Shown here one piece after another: positions 9,002 through 17,749 of a stretch of 64,000 nucleotides of DNA. This DNA comes from Candidatus Aenigmatarchaeota archaeon (GTDB lineage: Archaea; Aenigmatarchaeota; Aenigmatarchaeia; JACPZZ01), in NCBI GenBank assembly GCA_043801595.1, contig JAZDLW010000019.1, positions 32,949-96,948 on the forward strand. Reading direction: 5' to 3'. Made by a program: the position numbers and the translations under genes. The notes under the pieces were generated by a model. It searched no databases, was not told where the DNA came from, and saw nothing but the letters and a program-made list of their open reading frames with translations. The number at the start of each line of letters is the position of its first letter. Position 1 is the first letter of the stretch.

Positions 9002-9769
9002 ATGAAAAGGAGAGACGCTTTTCCGGTTTTTGGCGAACTCGTAGTCGGCACTATAGTCGCAGTCAATCCTTATTCGGCCTCTGCACGGTTAGACGAGTAT
9101 AACAGCAACGGCATGATACACATTTCCGAAGTTTCTTCAAAATGGGTAAGGGATATCCGCGAATTTGTAAAGGAGAACCAGCGCTGCGTTTGCAAGGTAA
9201 TGAAGGTTGATGCGGAACAAGGCCACATAAACCTGTCGCTGAAGCGCGTTAGCAAAGAAGAGTATGACAGAAAAATGTCCGATTTCAAGAGCGAGGAAAA
9301 GGCGGAAAAGATGCTCGAGGACATAGGCAAACAGATGGAAAAAACCCTTGATCAGATGTACGACGAGGTCGGTTATCAGTTACAGGACACGTTCGGTTCG
9401 TTGTTCAAGGCGTTTAAAATCGCGCTGAAAGACAAAAAACTGCTTGTCAAAAAAGGCGTCAATGAGAAATACGTTGATGCAATAGTCGATTCTGCGTCGA
9501 AAATATTTCAGGAAAGCAAGACCGAGCTGAAATGCAGACTCACGCTGACCTCGAAAAAACCAGACGGCATAAACGCAATAAAGAAAGCGTTGCTTGATGC
9601 GGAGAAGGAAGGCGTTGAGATAAGGTACATTTCCGCGCCGGTTTATATGTTAAAACTCATTGGCACTGACCCGAAGAAAACGGAAAAGAAAGTAATATCC
9701 ATAGCCGAATCAATTTCAAACGCGATCGAGAAGAGCGGCGGAGAAGCCAGCTACGAGCTTGTTTATTGA
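9002..9769 (+). CDS. eif2a: Translation initiation factor 2 alpha subunit (aIF2-alpha)
   Basis: The N-terminal S1 domain (GELVVGTIVAVNPYSASARLDEYN..GMIHISEVSSKWVRDIREF) has the conserved HISE/W.R.I pattern. The gene lies in the L44e-S27e-aIF2a-Nop10 cluster that is conserved in archaea. Confidence 0.9.
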   Translation: MKRRDAFPVFGELVVGTIVAVNPYSASARLDEYNSNGMIHISEVSSKWVRDIREFVKENQRCVCKVMKVDAEQGHINLSLKRVSKEEYDRKMSDFKSEEKAEKMLEDIGKQMEKTLDQMYDEVGYQLQDTFGSLFKAFKIALKDKKLLVKKGVNEKYVDAIVDSASKIFQESKTELKCRLTLTSKKPDGINAIKKALLDAEKEGVEIRYISAPVYMLKLIGTDPKKTEKKVISIAESISNAIEKSGGEASYELVY

Positions 9770-9782
9770 ATCGGGATGAATT

Positions 9783-9944
9783 ATGAATAAAATAAAAAAA
9801 TGCGAGCGCTCCCATTACACGCTGAAAGACGTGTGCGTCGAATGCGGTTTGCGCACACGTTCGGCGCATCCGATGAAATTCTCCCCCGAAGACAGGTACG
9901 GAAAATACAGGCGGATGGCTGAAAAACAGGATATATACCCGTGA
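9783..9944 (+). CDS. nop10: H/ACA RNP protein Nop10 (53 aa; below the ORF-track cutoff)
   Basis: Hand translation gives MNKIKKCERSHYTLKDVCVECGLRTRSAHPMKFSPEDRYGKYRRMAEKQDIYP. This has the Nop10 signature C..C..YTL...C..CG....AHP.KFSPEDKYGKYRR. Confidence 0.88.
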   Translation: MNKIKKCERSHYTLKDVCVECGLRTRSAHPMKFSPEDRYGKYRRMAEKQDIYP

Positions 9945-9957
9945 AAATAATCTTATT

Positions 9958-10764
9958 TTGATAGAAATGGAAACACATATCGTAGTTTCGGAGACGCCAA
10001 AATTAAACAACCCCATACTCATTGAAGGCTTGCCCGGCGTGGGAAATGTCGGGCGCGTTGCTGCGGGTTATTTCATAGACCAGGCTAAGGCGGTAAAATT
10101 TGCGGAATTGTATTCGAGACATTTTCTGCCTTTCGTACTTGTCCACGACAATGCGGAAGTTTCGCTGCTTAAGAATGAATTCTACTATGTCAAGGCAAAG
10201 AAAAAGGGTGACCGCGACATAATCGTTTTGATCGGCGACGCACAATCATTGGACCAGGTCGGGCATTACGAAATTGCCACAAAGATCCTCGATTTCGTGG
10301 CGGGATTCGGTTGCAAAGAGTTGTACACACTCGGCGGGTTCGGAACAGGCCAGATTGAAACGCAATCGCCAAAAGTTTTCGGCGCAATGTCGTCGCAGAA
10401 ACTGAGAAAAAAACTTGAAAGTTTTGGAATAGATTTTGACGTTTCACCAAAGATCGGCACAATTGTCGGAGCTTCGGGCCTTCTGCTCGGGCTTGGAAAG
10501 CTAAGGGGAATGGAAGGCGTCTGCCTGATGGGCGAGACTGCGGGCTTTCCGATTGTAACAGATCCGAAATCGGCGGAGGCTGTGTTAAGAGTGCTTGTAA
10601 AAATACTGGGTATCAAGCTTGACATGAAAGGGCTTGACCAGAGGGTAAAGGAAATGGAGAGCTTCATAAACAAGGTTGAATCGCTGCAGAGAAAGGCGGT
10701 TGAAGAGATGCAAAGGGGCTCGCAAAAGGATGCGAAGGACGACCAGCTCAGGTACATAGGCTAA
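9958..10764 (+). CDS. PAC2-family proteasome assembly chaperone (COG1938-like)
   Basis: The N-terminal LNNPILIEGLPGVGNVGRVAAGYFI pattern matches archaeal PAC2/Pba proteins. The position after Nop10 is the conserved one. Confidence 0.75.
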   Translation: MIEMETHIVVSETPKLNNPILIEGLPGVGNVGRVAAGYFIDQAKAVKFAELYSRHFLPFVLVHDNAEVSLLKNEFYYVKAKKKGDRDIIVLIGDAQSLDQVGHYEIATKILDFVAGFGCKELYTLGGFGTGQIETQSPKVFGAMSSQKLRKKLESFGIDFDVSPKIGTIVGASGLLLGLGKLRGMEGVCLMGETAGFPIVTDPKSAEAVLRVLVKILGIKLDMKGLDQRVKEMESFINKVESLQRKAVEEMQRGSQKDAKDDQLRYIG

Positions 10765-10776
10765 ACTTTTGGGACA

Positions 10777-10837
10777 ACGGAAAGCAAAGCTTTCCGTGCA
10801 TAGGAAATTCGATAATTTCCTATGAAAGTTTAATCAA
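10777..10837 (+). repeat. Hairpin-repeat module (class 1 hairpins x2 plus TTTAATCAAA)
   Basis: 10777-10797 is ACGGAAAGC|AAA|GCTTTCCGT. 10799-10824 is CATAGGAAATT|CGAT|AATTTCCTATG, which has the same stem as 5606-5631. AAAGTTTAATCAAA follows, ending at 10837. Confidence 0.8.
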
Positions 10838-10903
10838 AAACGTCAATATTAAGCTTAAGAACATTGTTGTGCAGATTAATTGATTGCCTGAAGAGGATTT
10901 CTT

Positions 10904-11077
10904 ATGGAATACACCAGATTCGAGAGGGTAAGGATAATCGGTGCAAGAGCGCTGCAAATATCGCTCGGTGCGCCTGTCCTTATCAAAGACATTGATGAAA
11001 TTGACCCTGTCAAGATCGCCATCAAGGAAATGGAACAGAACCTGATACCGATAACGGTCATAAGGCCGAAAGCTTAA
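10904..11077 (+). CDS. rpoK: DNA-directed RNA polymerase subunit K (Rpo6; 57 aa; missed by the ORF track)
   Basis: Hand translation gives [57 protein letters not shown]. The core [17 protein letters not shown] and the IP.T..R tail are diagnostic. The antisense track ORF 10876-11061 is spurious. Confidence 0.9.
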   Translation: MEYTRFERVRIIGARALQISLGAPVLIKDIDEIDPVKIAIKEMEQNLIPITVIRPKA

Positions 11078-11082
11078 TCAAA

Positions 11083-11129
11083 TAAGCTTTTAAGAAAAGC
11101 TTAAGCAAAAACGGAAAAGTTTGATCAAA
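11083..11129 (+). repeat. Hairpin-repeat module (class 2)
   Basis: 11083-11103 is TAAGCTTTT|AAG|AAAAGCTTA. It is followed by AAGCAAAAACGGAAAAGTTTGATCAAA, with TTTGATCAAA at 11120-11129. The rpoK stop lies in GCTTAATCAAATAAGC just upstream. Confidence 0.8.
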
Positions 11130-11132
11130 AAA

Positions 11133-11140
11133 TATTTATA
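11133..11140 (+). promoter_or_regulatory. Putative TATA box for enolase
   Basis: TATTTATA is preceded by an A-rich BRE-like run. It ends 23 nt before the ATG at 11164, the spacing expected for a leaderless or short-leader archaeal transcript. Confidence 0.45.
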
Positions 11141-11163
11141 CGACCTGAAAACTAAACAGGTTT

Positions 11164-12336
11164 ATGATAAACGATTTGCGTTTTCTAAAGGTGCCCAATT
11201 CAAAGGCTGGCGAGTCTGTGGCGATACGCGCAAAGACGGACAAATATTACATGGCTTCGGTGCCGTCGGGGACGTCGAAAAGCGATTCCGAGGCTGTTGA
11301 TCTTCCGCTTGACATTGTTGAAAAACGATTCTACGACATAAAGGACAAGATCATCGGAATAGATGAAAACAATTTTGAAGCTGTTGACGATTTCTTAAAA
11401 CAGGCGGACGGAACGAACAATTTCCGCAAGCTGGGCGGCAATTTATCGCTGGCAATATCAATGGCAGTATTCCGCGCCGCTGCGAAGGGTGATATCTGGA
11501 AGCTGGTAAATCAGTTCGCATCAACATTCCCGTTTCCGATGGGAAACGTAATCGGCGGGGGCAGCCACGGCGGCAATACGACAATACAGGAATTCCTGAT
11601 AATTCCGGCAAAGGCGAGAACAATGGAAGAGGCGGTAGCGACGAACAGGGAAATAAGAAAAACAGTCGGCGACCAGCTTGAGGCGAGAAACTGGTTAATT
11701 GCGACAAATACGGAGAACGCCTTTACGACAAAGCTCGACGACATGAAGACTCTTGAAATGCTTACCGCAATTGCGAAAAATTACGGTGCGTTGGTTGGTA
11801 TCGACGTTGCGGCGTCGCAGTTCCATTTCAACGCGCGGTATTCCTACGACGCGCTCGGCAAAAGCTTAAACCCAGTGCAGCAGCTTGAATTTATCCAAGA
11901 ATTGATAAAGAACTACAAACTTTTCTATGTCGAAGATCCTTTGTACGAAAAGGACTTCGACCACTTCGCGGAACTTACGAAAAGCGTGAAAGGCTGTATA
12001 ATAGCGGGCGATGATTTGTACTCCACCAACAAAGCGCTGATTGCGAAAGGCATAGAAAAAAATTCAACCAACGGCGTGATAATCAAGCCAAACCAGTGCG
12101 GTACTGTATCGTCGGCGTTAGGCGCAGCGATGCTGGCAAAGAAAGCTGGATTTTGTTTAATCGCGTCGCACCGCTCAGTCGAAACAACGGATAACTGGAT
12201 ATCGGATTTTGCGGTCGGGTTAGGCGCGTCGCTGATAAAGACGGGGATAATCGGGAAAGAGCGCGAATCCAAACTTAACAGGCTCGCGGAAATATGGAAC
12301 AAAATTGAAAAACCGAGAATGGCAAAGCTGTTTTAA
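11164..12336 (+). CDS. eno: Enolase (short, divergent)
   Basis: Motifs appear in enolase order: VPSGTSKSDSEAV (SGAS.G..EA), DVAASQF, VEDP, AGDDL, IKPNQCGT, ASHRSVETTD, IKTG. At 390 aa it is shorter than typical enolases. Confidence 0.85.
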   Translation: MINDLRFLKVPNSKAGESVAIRAKTDKYYMASVPSGTSKSDSEAVDLPLDIVEKRFYDIKDKIIGIDENNFEAVDDFLKQADGTNNFRKLGGNLSLAISMAVFRAAAKGDIWKLVNQFASTFPFPMGNVIGGGSHGGNTTIQEFLIIPAKARTMEEAVATNREIRKTVGDQLEARNWLIATNTENAFTTKLDDMKTLEMLTAIAKNYGALVGIDVAASQFHFNARYSYDALGKSLNPVQQLEFIQELIKNYKLFYVEDPLYEKDFDHFAELTKSVKGCIIAGDDLYSTNKALIAKGIEKNSTNGVIIKPNQCGTVSSALGAAMLAKKAGFCLIASHRSVETTDNWISDFAVGLGASLIKTGIIGKERESKLNRLAEIWNKIEKPRMAKLF

Positions 12337-12419
12337 TTTTTTTAAAGGCAGTAGTTGGTCAACGGACATTCTGCATAACGCTTAAACCCTTAACTATCAA
12401 CTAACTATCAGTGTTCCAG

Positions 12420-13151
12420 ATGGCATCAAGACCTGAAATTATGGAAAGGCTCGTAATGCAGCCGGCAAGTTCCGTTTATCCGTTACTAGGAACGGCTTAC
12501 AAAAGCGCGGGCAATAACATTGAGTATTCAATGCATCTTGTCATGACGGGCAAGAGCTATTACGATTCCAAGCCGAAAGATGGAAGGATGTCAACGGCAG
12601 CCGAAGAGTTAGCGATCCAGCTTTCGCTGGAACGTGCTGGCCAAGATCCGAAGAAAGTGGGCGTATTCAATGATTTGTTCGTAATAAATGATTCTTATTG
12701 GCGCGTGTGGCAATGGACAGCGACTGGTTTACGAATCCCGAAAGGACGAGATCCGACTAAATACGAAACCGACGCAAAAGGAAGAAAATACTGGGCAAGG
12801 GAAGTACTGATAGGAAAAGACGTAATCGGTGAAATTCTCGTTCCCGAAGGCAATGGAAGAGTCGCTGTTGAATGGGACGAAGTTTTCGGATTGCCAAAAA
12901 CAACGGACAACATCGATTTCCCGCACAAACCTTACACGACTCATTTTTGGTTTAACCAAACTCCCAGCAAAGACGGCAAATCCGGCCATTATGATGTCGC
13001 TGTCGGGCGTAGGGGCTTTTGGCTCCGCGATGTGGACAGGGGATGCCTCGCCGTCAACGCGCTCTACGCGCGTTCGGATGCGGGTTCGGATGACGGCTTC
13101 CGTCCGGTTCGGGGTTCGTTGCCGGAAATTAAAAATACTTCTGCAAAATAA
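12420..13151 (+). CDS. Hypothetical protein (orphan) inserted between eno and rps2
   Basis: A long ORF with no motif I recognise and no TM segments. The start is set at the first ATG; the track begins at an upstream GTG. Confidence 0.5.
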   Translation: MASRPEIMERLVMQPASSVYPLLGTAYKSAGNNIEYSMHLVMTGKSYYDSKPKDGRMSTAAEELAIQLSLERAGQDPKKVGVFNDLFVINDSYWRVWQWTATGLRIPKGRDPTKYETDAKGRKYWAREVLIGKDVIGEILVPEGNGRVAVEWDEVFGLPKTTDNIDFPHKPYTTHFWFNQTPSKDGKSGHYDVAVGRRGFWLRDVDRGCLAVNALYARSDAGSDDGFRPVRGSLPEIKNTSAK

Positions 13152-13336
13152 ATATTGTTTATTTTTCTAAACTCCGCAGCTTTCGCCGCCGCTCGTTTGC
13201 GGAATGAGGTTCTGCGCCTTCAATGGCTGATAAACATTTCTACGGAAACCATTTGTTTCCGTGCAGAGGAAATGACAGCTTTTCCTCTGTCGCGCATCGA
13301 AGAACCTATTTAAATACCACCCTATTATCTGTATTG

Positions 13337-14065
13337 ATGCAAGAGGATCTTTTGATTCCAAGGGCGGAATACCTGTCAGCCGGCGTACATATCGGGATGA
13401 GGCAGCGCACGGAAGATATGAAGGAGTTCATTTTCAAGATACGATCCGATGGTTTAGCTGTTCTTGACATCAAAAAACTGGATGACAGAATCCGAGTTGC
13501 TGCGAAATTCCTCGCAAGCAGAAAGAGTATGCTCATAGTTTCGCGAAGAGGCGTCGGAATGAAGGCGGCTGAGAAATTTGCAGAGCTCACGGGCGGAAAA
13601 GCGATAACAGGACGGTTTTTTCCGGGCACGCTGACAAACCCGGCGTATGAAAAATTCTTCCAGCCGGATGTTGTGATCGCTATGGATCCTTTGGTTGATG
13701 CGCAGGCCGTTGTCGAGGCTGTCGACGAAAGAATACCTGTCGTTGCTTTGTGTGACACGTTCAATGAAACCAAGAATCTGGATCTTATACTGCCGACGAA
13801 TAACAAGGGAAAGCGCGCACTAGCGCTGATATTCTGGCTTCTCACACGGGAAACTATGAAATTGAAAGGGCTGGTAAAGTCTGACGAAGAATACGCCTCG
13901 ATGATAGCGGAAAAGGTCAAAGCGGAAACGCCCGGACTCAAACCCGATGCTGCGGTAGACGGCGTAACTTATTTCGAAGGCGTCGAAACGTATGAGGACA
14001 GGGCAAAAGAAGAGAATAAGTACGAAAGAAAAGGCAAGCCTGGAAGAAGGAATCAGAGGCGTTAA
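13337..14065 (+). CDS. rps2: Ribosomal protein S2 (uS2) with a charged C-terminal tail
   Basis: The core begins LLIPRAEYLSAGVHIGMRQRT and includes DPLVDAQAVVEA..IPVVALCDT. The start is at the ATG at 13337, because the upstream part of the track ORF has no S2 similarity. The tail KAETPGLKPD...KGKPGRRNQRR is extra. Confidence 0.9.
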   Translation: MQEDLLIPRAEYLSAGVHIGMRQRTEDMKEFIFKIRSDGLAVLDIKKLDDRIRVAAKFLASRKSMLIVSRRGVGMKAAEKFAELTGGKAITGRFFPGTLTNPAYEKFFQPDVVIAMDPLVDAQAVVEAVDERIPVVALCDTFNETKNLDLILPTNNKGKRALALIFWLLTRETMKLKGLVKSDEEYASMIAEKVKAETPGLKPDAAVDGVTYFEGVETYEDRAKEENKYERKGKPGRRNQRR

Positions 14066-14107
14066 AACAATATTATTCTAGTTGCATCAACTGATGTAGT
14101 GGTAATT

Positions 14108-15820
14108 ATGGACGATATACGAAAAGCGGCGAAAAAGTACGCTTTGCAGAATGCCGTATTCTTTGGCGGCAAAGCCAACATGGGCGCTGTGATAGGAAAG
14201 ATAATGGCTGACAAACCAACGCCGAAGGACAGGATCAAAGATATACAGGCTGTTGCAAGAGAGGAAGTTGAAACCGTTAATCGTATGTCCGCTGACGACC
14301 AGCGAAGGGAGCTTGCGTTGATCGATCCTTCACTGCTCGAGAAAAAGGAAAAGGAGCAGCGCAAGGGTCTTCCGGAACTTTTGAACGCGATAAAAGGAAA
14401 AGTCGTAACGCGTTTCCCGCCGGAGCCGAACGGATATCCTCATCTGGGCCATGCAAAGGCCGCGATAATAGGCGAAACCTATGCAAGGATGTACGACGGC
14501 AAATTCATTCTGCGTTTCGACGACACCAACCCGCTAAAAGAAAAGAGGGAATATTACGACGCTATAAAGCTTGGAACAGATTGGCTCGGCATAAAATTTG
14601 ACAGGATAAAAAACACTTCCGATGACATGGAAAAAATTTACAAATATGCGGAAAAACTGGTCAACGACGGAAACGCTTATGTCTGCTTTTGCAAAATGGA
14701 GGATATGCGGAAAAACAGGGCGGAGATGCGGGAATGCGAATGCAGAAACGCCGACACAAAAAAAACGAAAGAAAACTGGAAAATGATGTTTTCAAAACTG
14801 ATGCCGAACGAGGCGATACTGCGATTAAAAACCGATATCGCGAACGTAAACACGGCTGTTCGGGATCCGACGTTATTCAGGATAATCGACCACGATCATC
14901 CGTTGCAACGAAAAAAATACAGGGTGTGGCCGACATACGATTTTTCGGTCGCGATAGAAGACCATATCGACGGCATAACGCATGCGATGCGCACGAAGGA
15001 ATACGAATTAAGAGACGAATTATATTTCACGCTGATAAAACTGCTCAACCTCAATAAACCCGAATTAATAGAATTTTCCAGGCTTGAGATGGAGAACGCG
15101 CCGTTGTCGAAAAGAAAAATAAACCCACTGATTGATAAAAAGCTTGTTGAAGGCTGGGACGATCCACGATTACCTACGTTAGCAGGATTGTGCAGGCGCG
15201 GTTTTCTTCCAGAAGCGATAAGGGAGTTTGTAATCTCGCTCGGTATTGCGAAGACGGAGGCTGTGATAAAATGGGAAGCGCTTGAAAGCATTAACCGAAA
15301 AGTTCTGGACCCAATGGTCAACAGGTATTATTTTGTTCCGGATCCTATTCGCGTCGAGATAAAAGGCGCTCCATTGGTTGTTAAATCGGACGCACCACTA
15401 CACCCTTTGAAAAAGGACAATAAGAGTTACGAGTTCAAGGGACCGGATTTTTATGTTTACATTTCCGGCGATGACGCCAAAGTTATGCGGAAAGACGACA
15501 ATGTCAGGTTGATGCATTTGTTCAATATTGTAATTACAAAAATAGGCGAAAAATACATGGAGGCGAAATATGCCGGCGACGACAAGGCTGCGAAAAAAAT
15601 ACACTGGGCGCCGCAAAATTCCATCCGTGTGTCCCTTCGCACATTCGAGCCGCTGTTTATCAACGAAGAATTTAACAAAAACAGCCTTGCAATAAGGGAA
15701 GGTTTGCTGGAACCGCACGGCCAAATCATCAACGAAGGAGAGCGTGTGCAGTTCGAACGCATGTGTTTTGCAATACTGGACGATAAAAAATCGATGACGT
15801 TCAATATGATACACAGGTGA
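14108..15820 (+). CDS. gltX: Glutamyl-tRNA synthetase (archaeal type)
   Basis: Contains a class I HIGH motif (PEPNGYPHLGHAKAA), FDDTNP, and a KMSKS-like LSKRK. Length and N-terminal domain are typical of archaeal GluRS. Confidence 0.88.
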   Translation: MDDIRKAAKKYALQNAVFFGGKANMGAVIGKIMADKPTPKDRIKDIQAVAREEVETVNRMSADDQRRELALIDPSLLEKKEKEQRKGLPELLNAIKGKVVTRFPPEPNGYPHLGHAKAAIIGETYARMYDGKFILRFDDTNPLKEKREYYDAIKLGTDWLGIKFDRIKNTSDDMEKIYKYAEKLVNDGNAYVCFCKMEDMRKNRAEMRECECRNADTKKTKENWKMMFSKLMPNEAILRLKTDIANVNTAVRDPTLFRIIDHDHPLQRKKYRVWPTYDFSVAIEDHIDGITHAMRTKEYELRDELYFTLIKLLNLNKPELIEFSRLEMENAPLSKRKINPLIDKKLVEGWDDPRLPTLAGLCRRGFLPEAIREFVISLGIAKTEAVIKWEALESINRKVLDPMVNRYYFVPDPIRVEIKGAPLVVKSDAPLHPLKKDNKSYEFKGPDFYVYISGDDAKVMRKDDNVRLMHLFNIVITKIGEKYMEAKYAGDDKAAKKIHWAPQNSIRVSLRTFEPLFINEEFNKNSLAIREGLLEPHGQIINEGERVQFERMCFAILDDKKSMTFNMIHR

Positions 15821-16076
15821 CGCTAGTTTTATTTAGGAATACCATAACCGAACAGCTTAAAAGCTTAGCAGGTTGCACAAGTTGAATATACGGGACTAAG
15901 AGTGCAACTATCCATGTGTTTCAATTCAAAGATAACGCTGAAACAGCCTAGCAACCTTTTTATATCTATCCGCGTCAATTAACTGATGTCTTAAACGTGC
16001 TAAGGGCGCGTTTCTGATTAACCAATGAATGTATGTGGGCATTTGTAATGCAAATGCCTGAATGGAGGTTGTGAAT

Positions 16077-16442
16077 ATGACAGTTGAAAAGAAATTCGTT
16101 GTTCCGAAGGAACTTGTTAACAAGGTATACGAAGCTATAGAACTTGCAAAAACTTCTGGCAAAATACGCAAGGGAACGAACGAGACGACAAAATCCATTG
16201 AGCGAGGCGAGTCGAAGCTTGTTGTAATTGCCGAAGACGTGGATCCCGCGGAAATAGTGATGCACCTTCCGGTTATCTGTTCAGAGAAGCGGGTGCCGTT
16301 TATCTATGTTCCGAACAAAGTCGAACTGGGCAAGGCTTCTGGTGTTGATGTAGGGACAGCCGCGGTTTCGATAGCCGAAGCAGGCGATGCAGCTTCGGTT
16401 TTAAAAGAAATACTCGAAGGATTGTCCAAGGTAAAAAAGTAA
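16077..16442 (+). CDS. rpl7ae: Ribosomal protein L7Ae
   Basis: The K-turn-binding core is KIRKGTNETTKSIERGESKLVVIAEDVDP.EIVMHLP..C.EK..P..YV. The start is at 16077, 6 nt after GGAGGT. Confidence 0.92.
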   Translation: MTVEKKFVVPKELVNKVYEAIELAKTSGKIRKGTNETTKSIERGESKLVVIAEDVDPAEIVMHLPVICSEKRVPFIYVPNKVELGKASGVDVGTAAVSIAEAGDAASVLKEILEGLSKVKK

Positions 16443-16456
16443 TGACGTGATTACGT

Positions 16457-16669
16457 ATGGCAAACGAACCAACACCGGCTGAAATTGTTCAACTACTCGG
16501 GCGAACAGGCGTCAGAGGCGTAACGCAAGTGAGATGCAAACTCATTGATGGTAAAGACGCAGGGAAAGTGCTCGTAAGAAACGTGACAGGTCCTGTGAGA
16601 CTTGGCGATATAATCATGCTTAGAGAGACGGAAATGGAATTCGCCGGCGAAATGAGAGGGCGACGCTGA
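16457..16669 (+). CDS. rps28e: Ribosomal protein S28e
   Basis: [23 protein letters not shown].....[22 protein letters not shown] matches the S28e signature. Confidence 0.92.
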   Translation: MANEPTPAEIVQLLGRTGVRGVTQVRCKLIDGKDAGKVLVRNVTGPVRLGDIIMLRETEMEFAGEMRGRR

Positions 16670-16845
16670 TGAAATGCTCTTTTTGCGGGAATGATATCAT
16701 TGCCGGCACGGGCAAAACGATTGTTAGGAAAGACGGTTCGCTGTCCAACTTCTGCAACACAAAGTGCGAAAGAAATTTCAACATGCGCGACCCAGTGAAC
16801 GTAAAATGGACAAACGCTGCGAAAAAAGCCTCGAACAAAGAGTAA
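16669..16845 (+). CDS. rpl24e: Ribosomal protein L24e (58 aa; missed by the ORF track)
   Basis: Hand translation gives [58 protein letters not shown], which has the C.FCG..I.PG.G...VR.DG....FC..KC signature. The start overlaps the S28e stop (TGATG). Confidence 0.9.
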   Translation: MKCSFCGNDIIAGTGKTIVRKDGSLSNFCNTKCERNFNMRDPVNVKWTNAAKKASNKE

Positions 16846-16851
16846 TCCCGT

Positions 16852-17505
16852 ATGTTTGTTAAAATCGGGGCCGAGGCGACTGTCAAAACCGTTGATTTTG
16901 ACAATATGGACGCTGTTCTTAAAGAGCGAATAAGGAAAAACTACAGGATAAACGAACTCGACGAAAAGCTGCGTTCACAGCGCACACGGACAGAAGCGAA
17001 AATAACCGGAGAAGCGCGGCGTGCGGGCGTTAATACGCCGATGGTTTTCCAGACCGAAGAAAAAAACTATAAAATCTTTTTCGAAAGAATAAACGGAAAA
17101 ACGCTGAAAGCCTGCGTCAATAGCGGAAACCGTGAAAAAGTTTCCATTATCGCGGAAAAATGGGGAGAAGCGGTCGGAAAGCTCCATGTCGCGAATATCA
17201 TACACGGCGATTTAACAACGTCGAATTCGATAGTGCATGACAACAAAATTTATATGATAGATTTCGGGCTTTCGTTTTTCTCTTCCCGCGAGGAAGATAA
17301 AGCGGAGGATATAAACCTGCTACGACAATCGTTAGACGCCACGCACAACCGCGTTTTCGAAGCGGTGTGGGGCGCCTTTGTCGCCGGTTATCTCAGGTAT
17401 GGAAACGAAAAAACGCTGGAGCGGGCTTCGGAAATCGCGGCAAGGGGAAGGTATGTTACAGACAGAAAAAAAGGCCGAAAGCCTTTAAAAATAACGGATG
17501 CGTGA
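16852..17505 (+). CDS. bud32: Bud32/PRPK-type Kae1-associated kinase (KEOPS subunit)
   Basis: A small RIO-like kinase. It has GAEA..K in the N-lobe, E.R....AR..GV..P, the catalytic loop IIHGDLTTSN, and IDFGLS. Confidence 0.85.
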   Translation: MFVKIGAEATVKTVDFDNMDAVLKERIRKNYRINELDEKLRSQRTRTEAKITGEARRAGVNTPMVFQTEEKNYKIFFERINGKTLKACVNSGNREKVSIIAEKWGEAVGKLHVANIIHGDLTTSNSIVHDNKIYMIDFGLSFFSSREEDKAEDINLLRQSLDATHNRVFEAVWGAFVAGYLRYGNEKTLERASEIAARGRYVTDRKKGRKPLKITDA

Positions 17506-17749
17506 TAATTTCGTGAAAAACATAAAAAAGCTCATAAAAGGCGAAAAGCCCGAATTGGGAGCGGTTGCAGAAGAGGCGTTAATCGCGACATTGATAACCG
17601 GCGCTGTGCTTGTTGTTATCGGTGTCGTACTTTCATCGTTTATGCCAATCGGTATTGCGCCTTTAATGGCGATGTCTGGAGCTTTATTAAGCTTCCTATC
17701 ATTAATCTTTATGATCACTTTTTGGTTCAGCCAAGAAGGGTTCAAATAA
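17498..17749 (+). CDS. Small membrane protein, hypothetical (2 predicted TM helices)
   Basis: Two hydrophobic stretches are present (ALIATLITGAVLVVIGVVLSSF and LMAMSGALLSFLSLIFMITFWF). It overlaps the bud32 end by 8 nt. Its stop lies inside the hairpin at 17747-17778. Confidence 0.4.
   Translation: MRDNFVKNIKKLIKGEKPELGAVAEEALIATLITGAVLVVIGVVLSSFMPIGIAPLMAMSGALLSFLSLIFMITFWFSQEGFK

Noticed and set aside
10876-11061. 61-aa minus-strand track ORF
   Set aside because: It is antisense to a textbook RpoK reading frame on the + strand (10904-11077).
15984-16017. Possible K-turn (TGATG ... CTGA flanked by TTAA/TTAA) upstream of the L7Ae gene, as an autoregulatory site
   Set aside because: The best TATA-like element (TTTTATAT, 15957-15964) would place the transcript start at or after the TGATG. 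The 25-nt spacing between the TGATG and CTGA motifs is not C/D-like. The perfect hairpin nearer the ATG (16038-16058) lacks the tandem G.A signature. The idea is kept only as worth a structure-aware scan.
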